Notes under the pieces: model-generated
Databases searched by the model: none
Told to the model about the DNA's origin: nothing
The model's input: the letters and a program-made list of their open reading frames with translations, nothing else
Program-made: the position numbers and the translations under genes
NCBI RefSeq assembly: GCF_036321535.1
Contig: NC_087437.1
Location: 60,080,001-60,144,000 of the forward strand
DNA: 64,000 nt
From: Camelus dromedarius
Taxonomy: Eukaryota
Direction of reading: 5' to 3'
Shown here: positions 1 through 12,385 of the stretch, piece after piece
Layout: every line of letters begins with the position of its first letter
Numbering within the stretch: position 1 is the stretch's first letter

Positions 1-339
1 CACTTTCAGTCTCTGTTTGGGTTGGTTGAGGGAAAGTTCTGAGATGAACATCCATATCATCCATCATCCCATAAGCATTTGTTTCAAACTACTAAGATCT
101 TGCCAGGCATTATTATTCTTCTCTACTAAGAAGTTACTTTTGTGATTTGTTTTACTCTTTGAGAATACTATATTACAAAAGGGGATAAAATTTTTTTAAA
201 AAAATCAATAGAAGACCAAATCGTCATGACTAAATTTTTAGTGATGCCTTTCAGATGGTATAAAAGCCAACACTAAAAAACAAAAAAATTATTTTAATTG
301 CCTCCAATACCAGATACATTTACTAAAAAAGTAAGACAA

Positions 340-590
340 GGGAGGAAAGGGGGGTGAAGAGGGATAAATTGGGAGTTCAGGGTTTGCAAGATACCAATTA
401 CTATACATAAAATAAACAAGGTCTGCATAGCACAGGGAACTATATTCAATACCTCGAATGGCTTATAATGAAAAATGTGAAAAGGTGTGTGTGTATAAAT
501 ATATATATATATGGATGTATAATTGAATCACTGTGCTGTACACCAGAAATCAATACAACACTGTAAATTGACTATACTTCAGTTAAAAAA
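340..590 (+). mobile_element. 5'-truncated L1 3' UTR fragment (cetartiodactyl-type)
   Basis: Contains GCATAGCACAGGGAACTATATTCAATA...TGAATCACTGTGCTGTACACCAGAAATCAATACAACACTGTAAATTGACTATACTTCAGTTAAAAAA, matching my recollection of artiodactyl L1 3' termini. Left edge approximate. Confidence 0.8.
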
Positions 591-1047
591 GACTTTTTCT
601 CATTACAAAGTAACATATGTTCTTTTTAATGTAAAGAAGAGGTTTAAAAAAGATAGAAACTTAAAAAAAAATCACTCAATTTCCTCACTTGGAAATTATC
701 AGTAACATTTTATGACTAGACTTTTTTCTAAAAATGCATTTTTTACAAAAATGAATCATATATTGTTGTATATGCTGTTTTCTTTCTATAGAGTTAGAAT
801 GATTATGCCTCAGGGAAGTCTCAGTTTATGCCTACTGTCTGATGGAACTATAATAGTGACCTTTTCTTTCCCTCTAAAATGATCTAGAGTTTAGACAACA
901 AAGTATATAAAGATTCAGTAAAATTCTGCCACATACACAGCAGATTCATATAATTTTTAAATGGTTACAAAGTAATGAGTTATAATTTCATCCCCTGCCT
1001 TGGTCAAAGATTTATGATTTCCCCCTCTGTACTTTCATTGTAATACA

Positions 1048-1270
1048 CAATTGACCCTTGAACAACATGGGGGTTACAGGGATGTCCACCCTCCTGGCAG
1101 TTGAAACCCACACGTAACTTTACGGCTGCTCCTTCATATCCGCAATTCTGCATCTGTGGGTTCAGCCAATTGCAGACTGTGCAGTGCTTCAGTAGGTATT
1201 TAGTAGGAAAAACAATGTGCATATAAGTGAATCCATGCAGTTCAAATTCATGTTACTCAAGGGTCAATTG
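1048..1270. mobile_element. TcMar-Tigger non-autonomous element (MER8/Tigger2-like MITE)
   Basis: 22-nt terminal inverted repeats CAATTGACCCTTGAACAACATG (1048-1069) and CATGTTACTCAAGGGTCAATTG (1249-1270) with 2 mismatches; TA follows the right end. Confidence 0.8.
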
Positions 1271-3792
1271 TACATACATTTTTGTGCATTTGTTCTATAT
1301 CTTCTCAACATTAGCTGCTGTTTTTTCAAACTGTGCCTCATAACCCTTTAGTAAGTCATAATTAGCATTTTAAAGAAATGAAATAAAAGACAATAATCTG
1401 GAAATAACACATATAGTAAAGGTAAGTACTGTGTTGTGGGATTTTTACTTTTGTAATTTCATGTATACATGTATACTGAGTGGGACCTGTTCAAAAATGT
1501 CTGAGAAACATTGAGAAAAACCCTGGGACACTAAATTGCTAGATCAAAGGGTGTCATTTTCTTTTACTACTTTTCACTCATATGTTGCCATACTGCCCTT
1601 CCAAAAAAGCCAAACCATTTTTCATGCCCACCAATAGCATATGAGTAATATTTCTCCATTCACACCAAAAGGGAAATTGTCATTTTTTAAAATCTTTTTG
1701 ATCTGAAAAGAAAGGCACCATGATGCTGTTTTAATTTGTAGTTTCTTGTTCCTAGGAGTTGATATTACATATTTCTCTTTTGTGAATTATACTTATAGTC
1801 TAAGAAAATCATTTCTTTTTAATTCTAAGAAATGTTAAATCTGGTTTTGCTCGTTTATTCTAATTTTGGAATACTCAAAATTTATCGTATAATTTAAAAA
1901 TATGCAATGTATTCATTTTGTAGAAAGCTGCTAATAGAAGTGGTCTTAACCTACTTTGGATATTTAATTTTATTTATAGTCTCTATATGGCAAAGCAACA
2001 TAATACAGAGTATAAAAAGTTCAGGTTTTGGGCCCAGCTCTAAAAAAGAATCAAATATCCATGTAAATTTGACAAGTGAATTACCTTTTTTATGCTTTCT
2101 TTTACTATTTTACAAAATAATATAATGGTGAATATACCAACTATTTTAAGTTAATATTTATACTGAGTATGTATAATATACCAGAATCAATGCTAAGTAC
2201 TTTACATTCTTTATCTCATTGAATACTCAACAATGAGTCTAAATATTTTTAAGGCCTCTAATTTAAAAATGAGGCAAATTAAGCAAAGTAGATAAGGACA
2301 TACCTAGAGTATAAGCTTAGATCTATCTGGCTCCATAGCTAGTCTCTTAATTGTTATGCTACTAGTTACAAGATAAAATTTTCTAAGAATTTCTGTGAAT
2401 AAAAAAGGGTTTTCAGACATGTAATTTGTTTAAAAGCAAAGCAATAAGCAACTCTAAGTATCAGTTAAATTTATTACTGGGAACGGACCTTGTGAAACTG
2501 TAACTAGTCAAATAGTTCCCCCTGCTGGCTGACTCATGGAACTACAATTTGAGGAAAAATTCTTTAATGAAAACTGACAACAGAAGTCAATAAATTTCCT
2601 ATTCTCAATAGATCATATTTCTAGAGAATAACAAAGAAACAAGTTCTAGAAACAATTACTATCTGAAACTCTCTTCAAGGACCTTCGGTATATATTTTGG
2701 GAAAACAAATCATGAAATCACTGAGGGTAGAAGATATATAATACAATTTGAGATTACGCTATACATAAAATTTCTCTCTTTTATAGCAATTAGGCTCAGA
2801 CCATCATAGTTTTGCTCAACAAACTATATTTTAAAGGTAAGAGGAAGGAATAGCAAATTGTACCTTAGCAACTGCCCATGACAAAGATCCTGACAAGTAA
2901 CTTGCAGATATTCAGAATCTTAGTTCTAAAATTTCTGAACTTTATAGTACAGGTAGTTCTCATATTTCAAGGCTTCAAGTACACTACTTAATCTCTTTCT
3001 TTTTTGTAAGGGTGTGTGTTTTTCTTGCATCTTTTATCCTATACATAGGCTTGGTTTTTCCTTTTAAAAATATTTGAAAATAAACTATATGAGCAATTTT
3101 TAATTGAGATTATACATTCACATGGTTCAAAATTATGAAAAACAACAAAGTGAAATATCTTCCTTCTTTCCTTACCTCCACAGATAACCACTGTTACTTG
3201 TAAAAACAAACAATGAACAGATAGCAATGCCTTCACTGTGTATGTGCTGTATGGGCTAGAAGAATGTCTTCCATCCTGGGGCTATCTTTATCTCCTCTCC
3301 TGTGATACTAGTGTTCTTTTTTTTTTCCAATGGGACCTAATAAAAATCTTTACTCCAAGTATGATCATCCTGATTCATTTAGTAAATTTCATCAGGTCTT
3401 AAAACAGAAAAAAAGCACAAGCACTTGGGGAATTAGCTCTTACTGCTATCCACTTTAAGATCATCCACTCAATGACTCTAAAAGCATTAATATAATATTT
3501 ACCAAGCATCTATCTGGTATAGACTGGATGCTCAGTAAAAAGAAGGGAACAAAAAGCACAAAGAAAGGAACACTTATAATTAAAGATGGTAATATTTTCT
3601 TGAAATCAGTGGGAGGAAAGCTATTATGCAATAAACCCACATAAGTAGAATCTGAATTATAAAAATGTTACTCTCTAATCTTCCACCATCCACTTCCCAA
3701 AAAGGAAGACCATTTCACATCTTTCAAATAATGGATTTATTTCAGCAAAATTTATTAGTGTAATGCTAAAAGCAACAAAAGAAATAAACTAC

Positions 3793-3890
3793 CTCGTTCT
3801 TCAGGTGAGAGGTCACTATCCTCATCTCCACTGCTTTCTTGTTCACGAACCCGGTATTTTGGCTCCAAGCCTTCAGCAGCAGCAGTTAGC
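3793..3890 (-). CDS. PPP1R2: PPP1R2 coding exon 4 (98 nt): (K)LTAAAEGLEPKYRVREQESSGDEDSDLSPEER(E)
   Basis: tgtatag| acceptor, G|gtagtt donor, phase 2 to 1. Translation matches the inhibitor-2 acidic ESSG region (CK2 sites). Later exons are outside the window. Confidence 0.96.
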
Positions 3891-4381
3891 CTATACAACA
3901 ACCATTTACAAAGAAACCAACACTGTGAAATTCTTATATTAGTTGAGTCTTACTCAACTTTTGAGTCTCAAAAAAAATTTGAAAATCATTAATATGCTAG
4001 CTATAACCAGATGAAGAAAATAAAAAGCAAGAGTGAAAATGGGCACAGAAACCAGTAACAAAAAGTAGAGGGCGACAGATCGATGAACAGCAAATGAATA
4101 GAGCTTTTGCTTAGGAATTCAACTTATTCTTGCCTTTCTCACTTTCATAAAATACAGATGAAAGAATATTAAAAACAAACCAACAAACAATCCCCCACAG
4201 GAATGTGACACAGGAAATCTGTGTAACAGGCTCTGGTACTCTAATCTTTCTGCCATCCATACATCTTGACTTTAACCTAGAAACAAGGCTATAAAAGTTG
4301 CTATGAAAAATCCAGATAAAGTTATTTATTTAGCACATACTTTTAAATTTTCACTTGTCCAAGTAAAGTAAAATGCCTTTA

Positions 4382-4527
4382 TTTATTTATTTATTTATGT
4401 TTGTTTTAGGGGAAGAGGTAACTAGGTTTATTTATTTACTTATTTTTTAAGTAGAGGCACTGGGGATTGAACCCAGGACCTTGGGCATGCTAGGCAGGCA
4501 CTCTACCACTGAGCTATCTCCTCCCCT
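4382..4527 (-). mobile_element. tRNA-Ala-derived SINE (Vic-1-like, long form)
   Basis: tRNA-like head with A/B boxes and (AAAT)n tail; perfect 14-bp TSD GTAAAATGCCTTTA at 4368-4381 and 4528-4541. Confidence 0.92.
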
Positions 4528-4597
4528 GTAAAATGCCTTTAATACTGCACGATTAAAAACAGCATAAAGAAAATATTTTATAGTCATCAATACTTAC

Positions 4598-4675
4598 TTC
4601 TTAGCTAAGACATCTGGGGTCAGGGCTTCAGTGGTTTCTGAATCACTCAATGCATCTTCATCATCACCTACCATA
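4598..4675 (-). CDS. PPP1R2: PPP1R2 coding exon 3 (78 nt): (S)MVGDDEDALSDSETTEALTPDVLAK(K)
   Basis: catcctag| acceptor, AA|gtaagt donor, phase 2 to 2. Translation matches inhibitor-2. Confidence 0.96.
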
Positions 4676-6298
4676 CTAGGATGACAAGCACATCATAAAT
4701 TAATCTGTGAACTATAATTTTTCAAGCAGAAAAACAAAGTAGGGAAACATAATTCTACTGACAAATATTTAAAAGTATAGCACCAATCAAGAAAAGCCTT
4801 CAAATGATTAAAAAAAAAAAAACCGCACTCTTGCAATCCTGAAAATACATACTGAAAAAGCCTGAATCATCTGGGGGGAAAAAACCCCGCAACACTTGAG
4901 TTATTCCATCCGTTGGAAACAATGCCAAAAACCCACCGTGTGGCCTTAGAATATGAATTTGTACATCAACCTGAAAATACCAGACAAAAGATCTATGCAG
5001 ACATAGATAAAGCAACTAAATTAGATCCTAAGATCTAATTCAGGAGGTCAAAAAGCTAGTTAGCTTTCCCAATTTACCTTCTAATGAAAAATATGCTCCC
5101 CACTCAACTGCAAAAATGAGTATCTATTATTTAAATATAAAGTCTAAAAATAATGGCTACAGTTATTTTTTTGAATTATGTTTGATCTTAATTCTTTTAG
5201 GTTAGTCATTGCCAACCAACACAGATAAGGGATGTCTACTACCTTTACTGAGAAGGAAGAAAGCCCTGACTTTGACTTCTGGTATGAAAAAAGTCTTAGC
5301 TTATGTTTTAAAATATATACCTACAATTAGAAGAAAAATGAGTATATAAACTTATCATAAATAATATGCCTATTTCTTCCATTAAGCTTTTTAGAATCGA
5401 GTTTTAGCATGTGTACCTCCTATTTGATTATTTCTTTCTCCCCTTATCACAATCTTCATGTTTATGCTTGGTTTTTATTTTTTAATTTTTTGTACTGTTT
5501 TTGTTATTATCAAGTTATTTCAACTTATCTTCCAAAGTTTCACCCACTGATTTAAAACAGAATTTAATTCTATTTCAATTGTAGCTTCTGGATTTACGCT
5601 GTCTTCAATGACAAAATACTTCAGCCCTGAAAATCTTTATTTTTTCAATATAAGCTAGGGCATGATCTTAGTTAGATATTTCTAGTTAGTCAGAATCTCC
5701 ATCTTCTTATTATGCTTATTGGTGCATTATTTTTGTCTTCATACTAACTACTACCACACATAGTCATTTTATAATTCATTAAAAAAATTCTGGAAGACTC
5801 AAAACTGACAATTACAATTATCTGAACTACAATATTATGTAATTCAAAAATACGGACAAGAAATAGTAATGACCACTTGTCTCTGAATAGGTTAAAAAAA
5901 AATTTCCATCTGTGAAGTTATCCCTTTCTGCAAAGAGACTGAATAAGCCCCTGATACCTACTTAGGAAGCAAACAAACCCTATTTTCATTTTCTTTTTTA
6001 TAAATAAGTCATTCTAAGGAAGGTAAAAATCACCGATCTATGTGTACCATTAGCAGCTAGGGGACCACAGAGGTGCAATGAATAACCATTTACTATTATA
6101 ATTGTAATGTAAGAAATGGATTCCATAAAGTTCCTTATTACTTATATTATTACACAAAAGCATGCAGTTGGGTTACTAATTAATGTTTCAGTAACAAATA
6201 TAAAAAAACAAACATTCAAATTAGCTGTTACCCAGAAGTTCACATCAAATGCAAAATGGAAACAACTCAAAAAAGGAATGATGTCTACAAAACACTAC

Positions 6299-6406
6299 CT
6301 GTGGTAAGGAGTGCTAGGTTCATCTATTTTCATTAAACCATAGTCTTTGTCTGCTGGATGATATGTCGCCAGGATGTTCATTTCATCCCACTTCTGGGAT
6401 TTTTTA
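6299..6406 (-). CDS. PPP1R2: PPP1R2 coding exon 2 (108 nt): (S)[35 protein letters not shown](S)
   Basis: ttttag| acceptor, AG|gtagtg donor. Contains the KSQKW PP1-docking motif and the EPSTP Thr72 phosphosite of inhibitor-2. Confidence 0.97.
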
Positions 6407-6639
6407 CTAAAATCAAAAGAAAAAAATGTCCTTAATGGAGTAAAAAATAGAAAATGTACACATCTAAAATTCACAAACATCCAAATCCCAAATTTCAATT
6501 TCTATTTGACTGCTAACTTCTATTTTCACATCTATTTTCTTAGAATAGAAACTGATGTGGGTAAAAACTGCAAAAATTACAATAAAATGTCAGTAAATCT
6601 TTTATCAAATCCTTAGTGCCCACATATTAAAAACTTATT

Positions 6640-6690
6640 ACAGTTATCCCTTGGCATTCTCAGGGGATTGGTTCCAGGACCCTTCACGAG
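6640..6690 (+). mobile_element. MER2/Tigger3-like terminal fragment
   Basis: TA-CAGTTATCCCTTGGCATTCTCAGGGGATTGGTTCCAGGACCC resembles the MER2 terminus. Confidence 0.55.
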
Positions 6691-7290
6691 GCATTCAAAA
6701 AAATATTACATTATGACTTGTTTAATCTTCATCTGGCCTATAGAGTAACAGCAAAACCTGAAATTTACACATTGCCTGATCTCAGTAGTTAAGGATTTTG
6801 GATCTACCATATATTTCTAAACAGTTTAATAAAAGACATACCAGGAATATTCTCTTTGGCCTAATTTTTTTTTAGAGGTATCCATAACAATCAAAAGAAT
6901 CAGAACATAAAACTACAGGGAAAACCTCATTAAATTCAGATACCACTAAATAAAGATTTAGGTTGCACATAAAACTATAGCTCAGTTTTTTTTTAAACCT
7001 AGAAGAGTAATTGCTAAGAAATGGTATATTCAGATCACCTGGGATAAATCTACTTAAAAGAAATAGAAATGTTTCATAAGTGCTTTATGAACATCCATTA
7101 ATAGCCACTCAACAAAATATTTGTACAACTACTAAGGTGCTTGATAATTAAATGGCTTAATTACAAATTTTTATCTACTTTAAAAAGGGTACCAAAGACC
7201 TCTCTACCAGCCAACAATATTTTGTCATGTATACAATTTGTGACTTGGTTATATACTTGAAAAATAACTACTTTAAATAGAACCAGTGTA

Positions 7291-7461
7291 GAGGGGGGAG
7301 GGTATAGCTCAAATGGTAGAGCATATGCTTAGCATGCACAAGGTCCTGGGTTCAATCCCCAGTACCCCCATAAAAAAAAAAAAACTAATAAAAAATAAAC
7401 AAATAGACCTAATGACCTCTCCCCCTCAAAATTTTTAAAAATGAAAAAAAAAATTTTTTAA
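7291..7461 (+). mobile_element. tRNA-Ala-derived SINE (Vic-1-like, long form)
   Basis: GGGGAGGGTATAGCTCAAATGGTAGAGC...GGTTCAATCCCCAGTACC head and A-rich tail; degenerate TSD AGAACCAGTGTA (7279-7290) / AGAACCAATGCA (7462-7473). Confidence 0.9.
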
Positions 7462-7667
7462 AGAACCAATGCAAATTTTACACAGATTCAAATTATTCTT
7501 TCTATATTTGCTCCACATTGGTGAGGTTTTATTGCAGATATTTTCAATTTTCCTAAAATCTATCAATTTTCAGATCTTGAAATGCTCTTGAAGAATGACA
7601 TACTTAAAATTTTAATATCATATTCTCTTCTCCATGTTCTGAGTCACCTTAAAAATTAAACATGCTA

Positions 7668-7810
7668 GAGGGGAGGGTATAGTTCAAGCAGTAGAGCACA
7701 TGCTTAGCATGCATGAGGTCCTGGGTTCAATCCCCAGTACCCTCTCTAAGAAAAAATAAGTAAGTAAACCTAATTACCTCCCCCCACCAAAAAAGTAATA
7801 ATTAAAAAAA
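7668..7810 (+). mobile_element. tRNA-Ala-derived SINE (Vic-1-like, long form)
   Basis: Same head plus AAACCTAATTACCTCCCC tail segment; degenerate TSD AAAAATTA(AA)CATG. Confidence 0.9.
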
Positions 7811-7924
7811 AATTACATGTGCCCACTCACAGCAGTTGAGTCTGACTTAAAGTTCTCTTGCTTTCTACCTACCCTAAAGGGCCCCCAGTGTTCCCATTTC
7901 AGACTAAGCACTTTTTTCTTCATA

Positions 7925-8285
7925 TTTTTACTGCGGTAAAATATACATTTTAACCATTTGTAAGTGTATAGTTCTGCGATATCAAGTACATTCACATTGT
8001 TGCGCAACCCTCACCATCATCCACCTCTAGAACTTTTTCATCTTCCTCGACTGAAATTCTGTACCCATTGAACACTAATCTCCCATTCTCTTCTTCCCCC
8101 AAACCCTAGCAATCATTCCATTTTTACCTCCAAGAATTTGACCATTCTCAGTACCTCACGTAAGTGGACTCATACAGTACTTGTCCTTTTGTGAATGGCT
8201 TATTTCACTTAATGTCCTCAGGGTTCATCTATGTTGTGGCATGTGTCAAAACTTCCTTCCTTTTTAAGGCTGAATAATAGTCAAC
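7925..8285 (-). mobile_element. L1MB-like 3' UTR fragment
   Basis: Typical antisense L1M text: TTTTAACCATTTGTAAGTGTATAGTTC, ACATTCACATTGTTGCGCAACC, GGCTTATTTCACTTA, TTTTTAAGGCTGAATAATA. Confidence 0.8.
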
Positions 8286-9549
8286 TGCAGACCAAGTACT
8301 ATGAACTACAACTTCCTTTTAAGCCTACTTACCCTTCGTTTTATTAAAAGGCAAAGGTTGGCCTAGACACACTTTACAGGTGGCTGACACTACAACTCCT
8401 GTTCTTCCCTGCCCTCATAATCGTCAGAAGTTACCGAATGTCACTTCACCATGAAAAAGTCAAAATCTTAAAAGCTTTTAAAAGAAGCTAAAAATGAATA
8501 GGTCATTAATTTTAAGCACTAAAATATGATTTCTTCTTTAAAGAACTGCTTTTTCATTCATTCACCATGGCACTTACCTGAATTTTCAACTAGTCAAATT
8601 TGAATGTTGTTAGTATATATATTAAAAAAAAAAACACTTGATTGAATTAGACTGGCTATAGAGATCTTGCTTTACAACAGTACTGATTTCTTTAGATGCC
8701 TAGTTTCTGTCTTTCAGAGTAATGGTTGGTCTTGTGGCAGACAAAACAACAAACAAATGGGAGATAGACGTTTAAAGTTCAAGTTCCAGTTACCCTTCAC
8801 CAGTCCTGTTACTATATAGGCAATTCCAACAAAAACATTCTCTCTTGGGCTATGCTTACTCCACATGGAAATTATAATAAAATGAAAGTATTTATGATTT
8901 TTAAATCTAAAGTTTTGTTGAAAGTCCTGAAACCATATCTTACCTAGCACTATAGAGAATAGTTTGAGATAAGGCATTCTGAAAAGATGGTTTAATTGCT
9001 TTTGTACTGAATGCCTTCTGTCTTTGCCCTGAAAGGTTCAAAATTTAAATGATTTTGAAATATTTGAGTTATCATAGAATGAGTTTTTCTCAAAAGCAGT
9101 TTTCTATTTGACTAAAATTACAGTTTCAGATATTTTATTTTGCTAAATAGTTCTATTACCTGCAAATTCTGTAAATTTAAAAAGCAAATGATTAGGTCTG
9201 CTCATGGGCATATTCTATATAAGGTAATTCACAGTGAAAAGGGATACAATTTTAAAGATTTTAGGCAGCAGAAATGATCAGTAAGCTTCTGATTAGAAGT
9301 ATAAAGACATACAATTTTTAAGAGAAATACATTAATTTTATGCAGAAAGCAATTCAATTAAGAAACAAAGGGAGACCCATGATATGGTAACTGTATGTTC
9401 CTTCCTGACAGATAATGCCTCTGAAATGACAAGAGTTAAGTCCGAGTCAGAAACAGAAACCCACAGGTCAAAGTTTCATAAAACCTGTACTAATAGATGG
9501 TCCTATTAAGATTCTTTATTAAAGATATTGTAAAAGATAACTAGCACAC

Positions 9550-9830
9550 TTCTATTTACATAAAGTTCAAAAGTAGACAAAATTAAAGTGTGTAGGGATG
9601 TATACTTAGAGGATTACCATAAAAGTCAGACTAATGATAATGTTGAGGGGGAGGGGGAGGTTGTTATTTGACAGGGCAGGAGACATTTCTGAGGTGATGG
9701 AAACATTTTTCCTTGACCAGGATGAAGTTACAGGGGTGTTTGCTTTATAATTATTCCTTAAGCTTTAAAATTACATTTAATATACTTTTCTGTATGTGTA
9801 TTACATTAAATATTTAAAAAATAAACACAT
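9550..9830 (+). mobile_element. Old L1ME-like 3' fragment
   Basis: TCTATTTACATAAAGTTCAAAAGTAGACAAAATTAA...TTCTGAGGTGATGGAAACATT...ATACTTTTCTGTATGTGTATTACATT. Confidence 0.55.
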
Positions 9831-12194
9831 AAAAAGTGACTTTGTTGGATACTTCCTAATCTCAAAGTAAAACAACTTACTTCCCAGGTGATGCTAACAA
9901 TACTGAATTAAAAATGACAACTTATCATCATTACTGCTTAGAATAGAAGAATGAAGATGGCCCTTCGGAGTTTAAAAAGTAAGCCCCAAACACCCTGCAA
10001 ATCTGTTTCATGACATGGTGACCAAAGAAAAAGAATGGTATGATACAAGTAATAGTGTTTCCTTAAAATTAATGATAAAATTTAATAATCACAATTCTAG
10101 CATTCTAACCCATTAACAATTTTGATTTTGGTATATTCTTTCCACTCTGTAAAATACATATGAAAAAACTACACAAGCTATTAGTATATGTAAAAATATA
10201 TATACAAAACAGAATATATAGTATATACAAAACACATATACTGATAGCTTCTATAGAATTCTATAGAAGTATTCTATGTATATGTAATTCTATATGTATA
10301 CTATATATTTTTGATAAACTATCAGTGTATGTATTTTATCATAATAAGTTGTTTGTATTTTTTAGTCTTTTTTAATATTATGTGTATAATATTCCAAAAT
10401 AAACTATTCACCTAATGTTAGATATTTAAGTTGAATTCAACTTTTCCTATTTAAAATAAAGCAGAAATCAACATACTTACGCATATTCTATTCAATGATG
10501 TTTTTAGGATAATCTGCTAGGACAAGCATATCTGGATTAAATTTATTAAGAGCTCTGTTGTTCACTCTATGTTGCCGTATAGCTGTTTAAAAGAGAGGAC
10601 TATTTGTAACGTCCCCAAATAATTATCAAAACTTTGCCAAGATTGGATATCTGTGTTTTTTTCACCTGAGCAGGTATAAATTAGTATTTAAATGCTGTTA
10701 TGTGTTTCTTTGCTCATTATCTAATAAATAACATGAAAAATGCTTGTTATTTTACTTTCCTTGTGTGAATTATGTTTATATCCTTTGCCTATCTATTGGA
10801 AACATTTTCATTAATTTGAGTGACTTCTTTATATTTACATAAGTGTAAAGAACACACTCAAATTTATGAGAAGGTTTAAACCACATTATATATAACTCAA
10901 AGGTATATATAAGGTACAAACCACATTATGTATAACCCCAATTTTTCCCAGTTTGCTTGCCATTTCTACTATACACAGAATTAAAGTTTTATATATCCAA
11001 AGCTTCACCTCACTTTTCTAAGAGAAAAAAAAAATCCTTATAATTGTCGATACCCAAAGGTATCTTGCAAAACCATGAATTTAAACAAGGGCATAAAATA
11101 GACTCCAAAGAATGCTAGGAATTCTTAGGTGGAAAGTAATAAAGTAGAAGACCCAACCCTAACTGTCAGCAGAGGACACTGGGTATGGAAATTAGCATCT
11201 CTTAAATTTCCGCAGAATTAACATTATTTGCGGAGTAACAAAACCCAAGGAATGAATTTGCGTTTAATCGTAATACTATCACAAACTGCTTGTGTGACCT
11301 TCTTTGGGTCATTATTTCCATTTACAAAAAATACAGGCACTAACACTTACACTAAAGATCTGCTGCAAGGGTGAAAGCACTTGTTGGTTTCAGCTCCCTC
11401 CCACCCCTGCCCATACACAGGTGATTTGTTTTTCCAGCCTAAATCTGCACCAGAAAACGCCACTGCTTCTCACTTTCACTTTGGTAGCTCGTATGATGCC
11501 ATCTCAAAGACCTACTCACACTTCTCGTTGCTTGTGACTTGCTCTTTTTTAGTTTTAGCCGTACTTGTAGTGGGAAGAAGGATTTCGTGTTAAACTTTAA
11601 CCCCACATTTCAAGAAATGGTTCTTTCTTAAATGAAGATTCAACTTAGGTACTTGAACAAGACTTTGAAGCTTGACACCATTACTGAACAATTAAAGACT
11701 TAACAATAAAAACAATCAGTAAACAAAAGGTCACTTTTGGAAAACTTTACTCAGTGAGCCTTGACTATATTCCACATTCCTTTACAGGCAGAAAAAGACA
11801 AAACTGAAGTATGCTTATATAAAATTATACTAAGGGAAATTAATTCAAGCACAATTTTTCCAAGTGGAATTCACCTACAATACCTAAGATTACTACACAA
11901 TTTGAATTGAACATAGTGGTTCCAAAGCATACTGTGTACAACAACCTGCTGAGATGGGGGAAAATTAGATTGTATTCACTTCTTTTTATTAGACTAAAAC
12001 TTACATTTGAGGGTGAGGTACTGGGTTAAACACTTTACATTTAGTAAATAATTTAATAATTAAACTAGGCAGGGATATAATGAATAACTTGCTATATAAA
12101 TCACAGAGTTAATATGTAGCAAACAGGATCTGAACCCAGGCAATCTGGCTCCAGATTAATCATTTCTCATAAGATAGGTTTTAGTAACACTTAA

Positions 12195-12385
12195 TATCAT
12201 ATTTTCAACAATTCCAAATGCATGTTTTTCTCATTTTAATATTTCTGAAAACAGAACATATCTTAAAATGGATGGCATCTTCTGGTTGTCCATTATATAT
12301 ATATATAATTTTTTTCTTTCTTGGTGCTAGATAAAATCACAGTACATCTTAGAATCAACAGCATCTTGTTTTTGATGAAATACAT
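12195..12385 (-). mobile_element. MER96B-like DNA transposon relic
   Basis: Ends CATCTTAGAATCAACAGCATCTTGTTTTTGATGAAATAC; a similar relic lies at about 37130-37246. Confidence 0.4.

Noticed and set aside
1..3792. PPP1R2 exon 5 (KKRQFEMKRKLHYNE...)
   Set aside because: Not found here; it presumably lies beyond the left edge, so truncation of the gene cannot be claimed.
7295..7370. tRNA-Ala(AGC)-like sequences (here and at six other loci) as real tRNA genes
   Set aside because: A-rich tails, TSDs and scattered stem mismatches identify them as SINEs.
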